Origin: Candidatus Roizmanbacteria bacterium RIFCSPHIGHO2_02_FULL_40_13b
GTDB lineage: Bacteria; Patescibacteriota; Microgenomatia; UBA1406; HO2-37-13b
Direction: 5' to 3'
Assembly: GCA_001789445.1 (NCBI GenBank)
Contig: MFZQ01000013.1
Span: 4,596 to 68,595, forward strand
DNA: 64,000 nt
Under the pieces are notes generated by a model. That model had not been told where the DNA came from. It did no database searches and saw nothing but the letters and a program-made list of their open reading frames with translations. The position numbers and the translations under genes were made by a program. The first letter of the stretch is position 1, and every line of letters starts with the position of its first letter. Positions 53,644 to 62,195 of the stretch are shown piece after piece.

Positions 53644-54185
53644 TTTTCTTTTAGAATAAATTCTTTATTAATCCAGGCTGAAGTAGAAGCATCTAGTTGA
53701 ATTTCGACCCAATTAATACTAGTTGAAATAACTGTATATTTTTTTCCACCCATAGCTTTTCCGATTACTTTTGACAACGTTGATGGGTTTTTTCGTAAAT
53801 TCACCCATGAGTCTCCTGCTTTTTCCGTGTCAATTTCAACATAGTTGGGTATTGGAGTTGGAATTATTTTGGTTGGAAGCATTTTTTGCCAGGTACTAAT
53901 AGGTTTTTTTTGATGGGCACTCGACTGTATTTTATAAAAGGAAAAAGAACTCAAAATAATAAGGGAACAAATTATCACGACGAATGTATTTCTAGTGGAG
54001 ACATTTGTTGGAATTGGTGTTTTATTAAAGATAGCGCGCAATAAATAATAGGTGAAATAACCAGTTATAGGTAATAAAATAATAAAAAATAAGGGATTAC
54101 CAGTCTGCAATAAAAGAAAAGCACCGGTAACAGACAAAAATACACTTATTAGTGTGCAGTACCCAAAAAAAAGCTTTTCAACCAT
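53640..54185 (-). CDS. 2-TM-module protein with C-terminal SH3b-like domain
   Basis: Same N-terminal module. C-terminus WVNLRKNPSTLSKVIGKAMGGKKYTVISTSINWVEIQL is SH3b-like. Confidence 0.5.
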   Translation of the reverse strand: MVEKLFFGYCTLISVFLSVTGAFLLLQTGNPLFFIILLPITGYFTYYLLRAIFNKTPIPTNVSTRNTFVVIICSLIILSSFSFYKIQSSAHQKKPISTWQKMLPTKIIPTPIPNYVEIDTEKAGDSWVNLRKNPSTLSKVIGKAMGGKKYTVISTSINWVEIQLDASTSAWINKEFILKEK

Positions 54186-54194
54186 ACATATAGT

Positions 54195-54707
54195 TTATTG
54201 GCCAGTATTTAATAATTTCTTTATTTCAGGATTGATGGTTGCTTCAGGAGTACTTGGTGTGTAAGAAGTCTCCAATTCTATTTTATTCAAATTACTTTCT
54301 ATAATATCGAGTTTTGTTACGATTTTTTCAATTAATGCAGTATTGCCTTTAAGCGATGCTACATCAGACTGAATTTTAGATAACTCAAAAGAAAGATCTG
54401 CCGGTGAGTTTTTCTTTGGCTGTATAGAAAGGATTGAGATATAGAAAATAATACTCGCGGTACTTATCAACAATGCTATTGATAAGATTCCTGCAAATGT
54501 TGATTTGTTAGAAACATGCTCTGGTGAATTTATTTCAGAATGAGGAATCTTTCCTAATACAAGAATCCAAAAGTATATACTGATAGGGAGTATAAAGAGC
54601 GCTAATAGAAACCCAATTGGTTTTGATGTAAAAATGCATGACCAAATAATAAGTCCAGTTGAAATAATCAAACTATAGTATGCAAGAATGGTGTGGTATT
54701 TTCTCAT
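54195..54707 (-). CDS. 2-TM-module protein with a third TM and a coiled-coil tail
   Basis: Same N-terminal module (LPISIYFW). Confidence 0.45.
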   Translation of the reverse strand: MRKYHTILAYYSLIISTGLIIWSCIFTSKPIGFLLALFILPISIYFWILVLGKIPHSEINSPEHVSNKSTFAGILSIALLISTASIIFYISILSIQPKKNSPADLSFELSKIQSDVASLKGNTALIEKIVTKLDIIESNLNKIELETSYTPSTPEATINPEIKKLLNTGQ

Positions 54708-54783
54708 AGGTGTTACTACAGTTACATTATGAATGTTTCATCAAAAAAAAGCAATCGGATGTACGTACTGTATAATAGGAATT

Positions 54784-56832
54784 ATGAATCGTAAATATAC
54801 TCCTAAAGATATAGAACCTAAAATCGCACAATCCTGGGACGATGAAAATATCTATAAGTCAATTCCCCCTATCTCCCAAACCCCTCCTCCCCCAAACCCT
54901 AAAAAGGCATATATCTTAGTCATGTTTCCATATCCTTCAGGCGAGGGTCTGCATACGGGGCATGCGCGAGTTTATACGGGAACAGATGTCCTTGCTCGTT
55001 TTTTTCGTATGAAAGGAAAATCAGTACTTCACCCAATGGGATTTGACGCTTTTGGTCTTCCTGCCGAAAATGCCGCAATTAAGCTCCAAAAAAATCCAAT
55101 AGATATGGTTCCTGAAAATATTGCAAATTTTAAGCGACAAATGAAGCTCCTGGGCTTATCGTATGATTGGAGTAGGGAATTTTCCACAACAGATCCGGAA
55201 TATTACAAATGGACACAGTGGCTTTTCATTCAATTTTTCAAAATGGGGCTTCTTCATAAGAAAGAAACACCAATATTCTATTGCCCAAACTGTAAAACAG
55301 GACTTGCGCAGGAAGAAGTCTTGGAAGATGGGACGCATGAACGATGTGGGACAGCTGTTGAAGAGCGCAACTTGCCGCAGTGGATTTTTCGAATCACTAA
55401 GTATGCTGACAGACTTCTCGATGATCTTGAAGGTCTTGATTGGCCAGCCGGGATATTACAAATGCAGAAAAATTGGATAGGGAAGAAAGTGGGGAAATCT
55501 GGGGAGTCAACATATCATTTGCGAGATTGGATTTTTTCACGACAACGATATTGGGGGGAACCGATACCGATGATTTTTTGTGATAAATGCGCTGAAAAAA
55601 AAATCAACTACTGGGAAGGGGATAGGAGTAGAGGAGTAGATCATAACAATAATGAAGTGGAACAAATGATATCAGGATTTGTGGATGAAGTGAAGGATGA
55701 TTTATATGGATGGTTTCCGGTTGAAGAGAAGGATTTGCCCTTAAAACTTCCCTATGTGAAAAGTTATATGCCAACGGAAAGTGGGCAGTCGCCCTTGTCG
55801 CAAATTGAAGAGTTCGTACATACAACGTGTCCACATTGTGGTTCAGATGCTCGAAGAGAAACAGATACAATGCCCAACTGGGCAGGAAGTAATTGGTATT
55901 TCTTGTATTTTGGCCGTCAGCATGACAAAACTCGCCCACCGTCTTTACAAAATTGGAAAACAGAGATCGGGGATCCATCTGCCCAGTGGCTTCCAGTGGA
56001 TTGGTATCTGGGTGGGGCAGAGCACGCGGTGCTTCATCTTCTGTACGCACGATTTTGGGTCAAAGCGATGAAAGATATAGGACTTGTTTCTTTCAGTGAG
56101 CCCTTTGCCAAGCTTCGAAGTGTGGGAATGGTCCTTGCGTCCGATAATCGAAAAATGAGCAAGTCGCTTGGAAATGTAGTAAATCCGGATGATGTGGTTT
56201 CCGAATATGGAGCCGATACATTACGGGTGTATGAGATGTTTATGGCGCCATTTGGCCAAGAAGTTGCCTGGTCAGAAAGTGCAATCCAGGGTGCCTACCG
56301 ATTTTTGCAAAGAATTTGGCAGATATTCATAAGCTCTGATAGTATAACAGAAAATCAGGATGAGGAAAACTTTGAACTAGTTGCCGAGCTTCAAAGTACC
56401 ATTTCAAGGATCGAGTCAGATATCACGAACGTGAAATTTAATACATCTATTTCAACAATGATGGAATTCATCAATTTGTGGGAAAAAAAGAAGTTATCCC
56501 GTCAGAGTAGTGCAAAGTTCCTACAAATACTTGCCCCATTTGCTCCATTTATGACCGATTATTTATGGAGAGAAATCTTAAAAAATAAAGAATCAATTCA
56601 TATTTCTACATGGCCGAGTGTTGATAAATCGGTAATTTCTATCAAAAAAGTTACCATAACGATTCAAGTTAATGGCAAAATGAGGGGGGTAATTTCGTTC
56701 GAAAATGGGGACGTGGAGGAAAAAGAGGCCATTGAAGAAGCCCTAAAGCTAGAAAATGTGAAAAAATATGTCGTCGATGATACTTATAAAGTAATCTACG
56801 TCAAAGAGAGAGTATTGAACTTTGTAGTTTAA
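54784..56832 (+). CDS. leuS: leucyl-tRNA synthetase lacking the CP1 editing domain
   Basis: PYPSGEGLHTGH (HIGH), KMSKS, NWIGKKVGKSGESTYHLRDWIFSRQRYWGEPIP. 682 aa. Start moved to the ATG at 54784. Confidence 0.85.
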   Translation: MNRKYTPKDIEPKIAQSWDDENIYKSIPPISQTPPPPNPKKAYILVMFPYPSGEGLHTGHARVYTGTDVLARFFRMKGKSVLHPMGFDAFGLPAENAAIKLQKNPIDMVPENIANFKRQMKLLGLSYDWSREFSTTDPEYYKWTQWLFIQFFKMGLLHKKETPIFYCPNCKTGLAQEEVLEDGTHERCGTAVEERNLPQWIFRITKYADRLLDDLEGLDWPAGILQMQKNWIGKKVGKSGESTYHLRDWIFSRQRYWGEPIPMIFCDKCAEKKINYWEGDRSRGVDHNNNEVEQMISGFVDEVKDDLYGWFPVEEKDLPLKLPYVKSYMPTESGQSPLSQIEEFVHTTCPHCGSDARRETDTMPNWAGSNWYFLYFGRQHDKTRPPSLQNWKTEIGDPSAQWLPVDWYLGGAEHAVLHLLYARFWVKAMKDIGLVSFSEPFAKLRSVGMVLASDNRKMSKSLGNVVNPDDVVSEYGADTLRVYEMFMAPFGQEVAWSESAIQGAYRFLQRIWQIFISSDSITENQDEENFELVAELQSTISRIESDITNVKFNTSISTMMEFINLWEKKKLSRQSSAKFLQILAPFAPFMTDYLWREILKNKESIHISTWPSVDKSVISIKKVTITIQVNGKMRGVISFENGDVEEKEAIEEALKLENVKKYVVDDTYKVIYVKERVLNFVV

Positions 56833-56839
56833 TACTATT

Positions 56840-56956
56840 TCGCTTGATACCCATTTCTCGCACAAGTGGGGACCCCCGCTTTAAACTGGCACCCCAGTTG
56901 TTCTCGAAACGGGTATCTACGCGAAATATCTGTCATCCTGAACTTGTTTCAGGATC
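56840..56956 (+). repeat. family-B element directly after the leuS stop, plus a single-hairpin variant
   Basis: tcgcttgatacccatttctcgcacaagtggggacccccgctttaaactggcaccccagttgttctcgaaacgggtatctacgc, then tgtcatcctgaacttgtttcaggatc. Confidence 0.8.
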
Positions 56957-56980
56957 TCAGCCCTGGTATAATCATCTTCG

Positions 56981-58255
56981 ATGAAAACGAAAAAGACCAC
57001 ACATAAGAACAATCTCACGTCAATCGTCGTAGATACTGCCGCATTTCCTTCTTCAACCGCACTGCTCCTCGTCGGTGCAGGTTCTCGGTACGAAAATAAA
57101 AAAAACAATGGTATTGCACACTTTTTTGAGCATATGGCGTTCAAAGGTTCCAAAAAATATCCGACCGCATTTATTCTCGCATCTCTCGTTGATGGCTTGG
57201 GTGGATCTTTTAATGCATTTACATCTCAAGACCACACAGGATACTATATAAAAGCCCCCACGAAGCACTTCGAAAAAGTAGTTGACGTGATTTCTGACAT
57301 GATCACCCAGCCACTTTTGAAGCCGGAAGAGATCGAACGTGAAAAAGGCGTGATTATCGAAGAGATCAATATGTATGAAGACATGCCCCAGCGCAAAGTT
57401 TTTGAACTCTATGAAAATCTCGTTTTTGCTGGTTCTCCACTTGGATTTGATATTGCGGGGACGAAAGAGACAGTTTCTGCGTTCAATAAGAAAACATTCA
57501 CCGATTACATTGCCTCTCTGTATTTCCCCTCAAATGCAGTCTTTGTGGCGGCAGGGGGACTTTCAGGAACGTCAGCAGAGAGTATTATTTCAGAAAAATT
57601 TAAGGGGTGGAAAGACGGGGAGGCCGGAACATTCTTACCTATAAAGGAGTCCCAAACAAAGCCGCAACTCATGGCTCGACACAAAAAAACAGAGCAGGCT
57701 CATTTATGCATAGGTTTCCGCGCATTTTCATTCAAAGATCCTCGTCGATACGCACTTCAAGTCCTTTCCGCAATCTTGGGAAAGGGGATGTCAAGCAGGC
57801 TTTTCATGGAGGTTCGGGAGCGGCGGGGGCTGGCATACCACATTAGCTCATACACCGACTTTTACGCCGATACAGGGACGATTTTGACCCATGCAGGAAT
57901 TAAGGCGGACAAGAAACAAGTCGAAGAATCGATCAAAATAATTTTGGAAGAGCATGGGAAAATTATAGATGGAAAAATAAAAGGAGAAGAACTTGTGAAA
58001 GTAAAAGAAATGATTAAAGGGGGATTTATACTTTCTTTAGAAGACACGCTTGATGTTGCCTCATATTATGGAAGAAATTTGCTACTTCAAGGAGAATTCA
58101 AGACTCCGGAAGATACGATTAAAAGTATCGAAAAAGTCACGATCGAAGATGTTGTCGCAGTGGCAAAAGATGTTTTTGTAAAGGAAGGTCTAAATATGAC
58201 TCTCATTAGTCCATTCACCGATGGTGAAACACTTGCGAAACAACTCGTGATCTAA
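56981..58255 (+). CDS. M16-family (pitrilysin/insulinase-like) zinc peptidase
   Basis: GIAHFFEHMAFKGS inverted zinc motif HxxEH. 424 aa. Confidence 0.85.
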   Translation: MKTKKTTHKNNLTSIVVDTAAFPSSTALLLVGAGSRYENKKNNGIAHFFEHMAFKGSKKYPTAFILASLVDGLGGSFNAFTSQDHTGYYIKAPTKHFEKVVDVISDMITQPLLKPEEIEREKGVIIEEINMYEDMPQRKVFELYENLVFAGSPLGFDIAGTKETVSAFNKKTFTDYIASLYFPSNAVFVAAGGLSGTSAESIISEKFKGWKDGEAGTFLPIKESQTKPQLMARHKKTEQAHLCIGFRAFSFKDPRRYALQVLSAILGKGMSSRLFMEVRERRGLAYHISSYTDFYADTGTILTHAGIKADKKQVEESIKIILEEHGKIIDGKIKGEELVKVKEMIKGGFILSLEDTLDVASYYGRNLLLQGEFKTPEDTIKSIEKVTIEDVVAVAKDVFVKEGLNMTLISPFTDGETLAKQLVI

Positions 58256-58305
58256 AAACTCATCCTTTTCTTGCAATACCATCTTTCTTCTGCTAGGCTG
58301 AAAGT

Positions 58306-59913
58306 ATGAAAGCAGACGATGTCATCCTGGAAGAGCGTAGCGACGATAGGATCCCATTGTCATTCCCGCGAAGGCGGGAATCTATTCAAATGGATCCCCG
58401 ATCGGGGTCGGGGATGACAAATCTTCGGTCCAGAATGACAAATTCCGTCATCCCGAACATTAATTCTGTCATCCTGAACGGAGTGAAGGATCTCGGTGTG
58501 ATAGTATCTTTATTTTTCCTTTTTGTCTCTCCAGTGAGTGCCTCCACAACTACTTCAAGAATCACCATCCCACTCTCCACAAACTCCACGCTCGTGATTT
58601 CTAACACAGACTCCACAGTAGATAAGAAGATCATCATCTCCGATCATCTCTCCTCAACTCGAGTAATTCTTAACGAAGATGGAACAGAATCATCGTCACT
58701 CTCATACTATCCATATGGAGAACAATTTAACAATTTAACCCCGCTTCGCCCGAGGCTTCGCGAGGGCGCAGCAATTTATCAATTTAACAATAGACTCTAC
58801 ACCGGCCAACGTAAAGTTCCCGGTGACAATCTCTACAACTACAACGCCCGCTTCTATAATCCTACCCTCGGAGTTTTCACCCAACCAGATACAGTGGAGG
58901 GACCAAACAGGTTTGCGTATGTGGGAGGAAATCCGATCATGGCAAATGATCCTAGTGGACATTGTATACCCTGTATTATTGGAATTGGTGCATTAGTTGG
59001 AGCGATGGTATCTTCGCCTATGTCATCAACTGAAGCTGATACTCCGGGAGAAATTGCACGAGTTCAAGAGTGGGAAGCAAGTGGCGGACCAGAATTTAAT
59101 TATCTTATGGGAAGAATGATCCCGGGTGTTGGACAGGGAATGGGTCTTGCAGAACTGGCTAGAGGAGAAGATATTTTGGGTAGAGATGTTAGTCGTGGAC
59201 GTAAAATAATGAATGTTGCGGATATCGCACTTATGGGCGCAACATCAGCAAACAGTTTATTGGGTGCACGAAATACAGCAATACAAAGCGCGCGAGTTGC
59301 CCAGTATGAAGGCGGAGCAGAACTATTGGCGGCTAGAAGTGTGGAGGAAGCACAAGAAGTGTTGAGTGGACAAAGTCCTCTTTCCTATAGTAAAATACCC
59401 TTTAGAGAATCTCTAAGGACAGGAAGTTTAGGAACGTACAATAGCTATAATCAAGAAATTTCTTTAGCAAGCACTGATGTGTTAAACAGCTTAAAACATG
59501 AAGGAGTACATGCACTTCAAGATATAAATGGTCATCCTGGATCTGAATTCGCTACAATATGGGGACCAAAAACGATTGTAGGTGAAGCAAAAGATGTACT
59601 ATTAGGAAGGACTGATTCGTCTTGGCTAAAATCAATGGCACGAGAGGATTATAAAAGTCTTTGGAATGACTATGATTCAGAATTAATGGCATACGCTTCA
59701 GCAAATAAAGGTTCGATTAGTGCACAGATTGGTGGAGCTATGGGTTCAACATCATCGCGTTTGCTATTTAACCAAGGAAACGCAGTAAAAGCGTCAGGGA
59801 TGGGAGTATCTATAGGAATTACAGCTGTTCAGCCATTAGGATATTTTGCACAATTACAAGCACAAGTAATGGCTTCCATTAATGGTGGTTACGAAAGAAT
59901 AAAATTTAAATAA
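58306..59913 (+). CDS. RHS-core polymorphic toxin, C-terminal domain type 2 (HExxH-containing)
   Basis: Same promoter/ATG block and the same ~140-aa RHS-core region as 28674-30038, up to GGNPIMANDPSGH. A different 316-aa tail contains LKHEGVHALQD. Confidence 0.7.
   Translation: MKADDVILEERSDDRIPLSFPRRRESIQMDPRSGSGMTNLRSRMTNSVIPNINSVILNGVKDLGVIVSLFFLFVSPVSASTTTSRITIPLSTNSTLVISNTDSTVDKKIIISDHLSSTRVILNEDGTESSSLSYYPYGEQFNNLTPLRPRLREGAAIYQFNNRLYTGQRKVPGDNLYNYNARFYNPTLGVFTQPDTVEGPNRFAYVGGNPIMANDPSGHCIPCIIGIGALVGAMVSSPMSSTEADTPGEIARVQEWEASGGPEFNYLMGRMIPGVGQGMGLAELARGEDILGRDVSRGRKIMNVADIALMGATSANSLLGARNTAIQSARVAQYEGGAELLAARSVEEAQEVLSGQSPLSYSKIPFRESLRTGSLGTYNSYNQEISLASTDVLNSLKHEGVHALQDINGHPGSEFATIWGPKTIVGEAKDVLLGRTDSSWLKSMAREDYKSLWNDYDSELMAYASANKGSISAQIGGAMGSTSSRLLFNQGNAVKASGMGVSIGITAVQPLGYFAQLQAQVMASINGGYERIKFK
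58321..58492. repeat. cluster of family-A and related hairpin elements inside the 5' coding region of the second RHS gene
   Basis: gtcatcctggaag..ggatc, tgtcattcccgcgaaggcgggaatc..gtcggggatgaca, ..cagaatgaca, cgtcatcccgaac.., tgtcatcctgaacgg..ggatc. Translated as ..LSFPRRRESIQMDPRSGSGMT... Confidence 0.75.
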
Positions 59914-59983
59914 TCTCCTCCACCTCCGGTATTTTTTGGCCTGCATTTGTGTATCGACATGTCCTAAATAGGCACGGATTCCA

Positions 59984-60048
59984 CAAAAACTGCAAAAGGT
60001 GTGCGTATTCACCTTTAAGGTGGATAGGCACACCTTTTGCAGTTTTTG
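59984..60048. repeat. perfect 21-bp inverted repeat hairpin downstream of RHS-2
   Basis: caaaaactgcaaaaggtgtgc (59984-60004) pairs with gcacaccttttgcagtttttg (60028-60048). The loop contains cacctttaaggtg. Confidence 0.8.
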
Positions 60049-60081
60049 CAATTATTCGCTTTTTATTATATTCTTGATGAA

Positions 60082-60981
60082 ATGTTAGTACTACTTCTTG
60101 CTATTTTAGGTCTCTGTATTGGATCTTTTTTAAATGTTTGTATTGATAGATTGGGGAATGAGGAGGAGAGGAGAAGATGGGGGGATGGGGAGAGCGAGAG
60201 GTGGGGAGGAAAAGAGGAGGGGATAGGGAGACTGGGAGGACGGTCGCATTGTGATTATTGCCATAAACAACTCCACTGGAACGATTTGATTCCGGTAGTT
60301 TCGTATATTCTTTTAGGAGGAAGATGTAGGTATTGCCATAAAAAGCTTTCACTCCAATATCCTTTCATTGAAATCCTCACGTCTGTATCATTTGTACTTG
60401 TATATCTCTTTTCCCCCCATCTTCTCCTCTTATCCTCCCCACCTCTCGCTCTCCCCATCCCCCCATCTTCTCCTCTCCTCCTCATAAGCATCTTAGGAAT
60501 AATCTCCTCCTCCATCGTCATCTTCTTTTCCGACCTCAAATACCACATCATTCCCGATGAAGCAACAGTCGTACTTATCCTTTCATCTTTGTTATTCCAT
60601 CTCTCCACCTCTCAATCTCTCGATCTCCATCTCTCCACCTCTCCACTACTCCACATTCTCCTTTCCAGTATCACCGCAGCAATCTCCCTCTCTCTCACCC
60701 TCTATTTCATCTTTTATGTCACAAAAGGACGGGGAATGGGATTTGGGGATGTTAAACTTGCCGTTGCCATCGGCTTGCTTTTGGGCCTAAAAAGTGGTTT
60801 TTTTGCGCTATATTTGGCATTTGTGGCTGGAGGAGTGGTGAGCTTACTCCTCATCCTTATGAAAAGGAAGAAATTGCGAAGCAAATTAGCATTCGGACCG
60901 TTCCTTATCTTCGGAACCCTCGTCATGTTCTTCGCAAACAAGCCAATTATTGCGTTTTTTGATAGGTTGTTTGGGATGTAG
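60082..60981 (+). CDS. pilD: prepilin peptidase (A24 family)
   Basis: CIGSFLNVCIDRL, CDYC...CRYC zinc motif, IIPDE and GFGDVKL active-site aspartates. Start placed at the ATG at 60082. Confidence 0.8.
   Translation: MLVLLLAILGLCIGSFLNVCIDRLGNEEERRRWGDGESERWGGKEEGIGRLGGRSHCDYCHKQLHWNDLIPVVSYILLGGRCRYCHKKLSLQYPFIEILTSVSFVLVYLFSPHLLLLSSPPLALPIPPSSPLLLISILGIISSSIVIFFSDLKYHIIPDEATVVLILSSLLFHLSTSQSLDLHLSTSPLLHILLSSITAAISLSLTLYFIFYVTKGRGMGFGDVKLAVAIGLLLGLKSGFFALYLAFVAGGVVSLLLILMKRKKLRSKLAFGPFLIFGTLVMFFANKPIIAFFDRLFGM
60158..60210. repeat. left arm of a perfect 53-bp inverted repeat inside pilD (purine-rich family C)
   Basis: atgaggaggagaggagaagatggggggatggggagagcgagaggtggggagga. Confidence 0.9.
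60433..60485. repeat. right arm of the perfect 53-bp inverted repeat inside pilD
   Basis: Exact reverse complement of 60158-60210, checked base by base. Confidence 0.9.
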
Positions 60982-60982
60982 T

Positions 60983-61042
60983 TGTCATCCCCGAGTAGTC
61001 GGGGATCCATACATGTAGATTCCCGCTTTCGCGGGAATGACA
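60983..61042. repeat. family-A dual-hairpin element
   Basis: tgtcatccccgagtagtcggggatccatacatgtagattcccgctttcgcgggaatgaca. Confidence 0.8.
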
Positions 61043-61122
61043 TGTGGCGAAGTGGGTGGTCCGAAGCGGAGGCCTCCCAGCGATTCGCAAAACGGGTATC
61101 TTCGCTAAAAATATGTGATTGA

Positions 61123-61212
61123 GCGATGATACGCTTATTTCGAGCATCACTGGGATTACATGTACACTGAGGGCCCCTTTGATGGGAGAAATAACGGATC
61201 GAGCTCAATCTC
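61123..61212 (-). repeat. family-B element (reverse orientation) upstream of ndk
   Basis: Reverse complement aligns with 13181-13266 along its whole length. Confidence 0.75.
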
Positions 61213-61247
61213 TTGTATTTACAACACAAAATCAGTACAATATCACT

Positions 61248-61829
61248 ATGAAAGAACAAACGCTTGTTATTCTCAAACCTGATGCGGTTGCGCGTGGGCT
61301 GATTGGTGAAATCACCGCTCGATTTGAAAAAGTGGGGCTTAAACTGGTTGCGGCAAAGCTCGTGCACGCTAATCGTGAACTTGCAGACAAACATTATCCA
61401 GTAACTCGCGACGAATTCATTCGGGGAATGGGGAATAAAACAGTCGAAAATTATCAAAAACTTGGAGTTGATCTTAGAAAAGAACTTGGAAGTGATGATC
61501 CACTTGAAATTGGTAAAATGATTCGAGAATGGCTTGCGGATATGATCACGTCCGGACCAGTTTTCGCATTCGTTCTTGAGGGTCCACATGCAATCGAGCT
61601 TGTTCGCAAAATTTGCGGACACACGCTTCCGCTCATGGCAAATCCAGGCACGATCCGCGGAGACTTTTCATTCGATTCCTCATATTTGGCAAATACCGCA
61701 AAACGCCCAATAAAAAATCTTATTCATGCTTCAGGAACAGAGGAAGAAGCCGCGTACGAAATTCCACTCTGGTTTTCGAAAGAAGAAATTGTCTCGTATC
61801 CTCGAGTAGAAGAAGCGGTGATGGAATAA
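61248..61829 (+). CDS. ndk: nucleoside diphosphate kinase (long form)
   Basis: TLVILKPDAV and NLIHASG active-site His. About 40 extra residues before SGPVFAFVLEG. Start moved to the ATG at 61248. Confidence 0.85.
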   Translation: MKEQTLVILKPDAVARGLIGEITARFEKVGLKLVAAKLVHANRELADKHYPVTRDEFIRGMGNKTVENYQKLGVDLRKELGSDDPLEIGKMIREWLADMITSGPVFAFVLEGPHAIELVRKICGHTLPLMANPGTIRGDFSFDSSYLANTAKRPIKNLIHASGTEEEAAYEIPLWFSKEEIVSYPRVEEAVME

Positions 61830-61834
61830 AAATC

Positions 61835-61917
61835 TCGCTTGATACCCATTTCTCGAACAAGTGGGGACCCCCGCTTGAAACTGGCACCCCAGTTGTTCTT
61901 AAAACGGGTATCTACGC
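61835..61917 (+). repeat. family-B element directly after the ndk stop
   Basis: Near-identical to 56840-56925. Confidence 0.8.
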
Positions 61918-61924
61918 TCGTTTC

Positions 61925-62188
61925 TTATACCCTAATAACATCAATTCCCAAAAACACATCCACCACATTCTTGAATACCTGCAAAATGCCCATGTCGATG
62001 GTAAATTCTTTTTCCCCCCCACCTATTTCATGAACGGTAATGGTTTTATTTACAATACAAATGAACTGGGAATGGAATCCAAGTATATCAAAATTTCCAC
62101 GCTCGTTATAAGATGACACTGATTCAGCAGAACCTTCATAAATCACTTTGTCCGCGTCATGGATAGTTACTGTTAGTGTTTTGTCCAT
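61925..62188 (-). CDS. atpC: F1 ATP synthase epsilon subunit, beta-sandwich domain only
   Basis: LTVTIHDADKVIYEGSAESVSSYNERGNFDILGFH pattern. 87 aa with no C-terminal helical hairpin. Confidence 0.7.
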   Translation of the reverse strand: MDKTLTVTIHDADKVIYEGSAESVSSYNERGNFDILGFHSQFICIVNKTITVHEIGGGEKEFTIDMGILQVFKNVVDVFLGIDVIRV

Positions 62189-62195
62189 AGTTTTT

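Noticed and set aside
58321-58492. Clusters of hairpin repeats as a possible CRISPR array
   Set aside because: The units are self-complementary, of several different types, irregularly spaced, and have no unique spacers of constant length. No cas genes are present.
60714-61622. 302-aa ORF on the minus strand
   Set aside because: It runs through family-A and family-B repeat DNA and antisense to ndk and the pilD 3' end. Its translation contains repeat-derived strings (..SFPRKRES..). It is not a gene.
61613-62116. 167-aa plus-strand ORF after ndk
   Set aside because: It reads through the ndk 3' end in another frame, then the family-B repeat, then antisense to atpC. It has no coding features.
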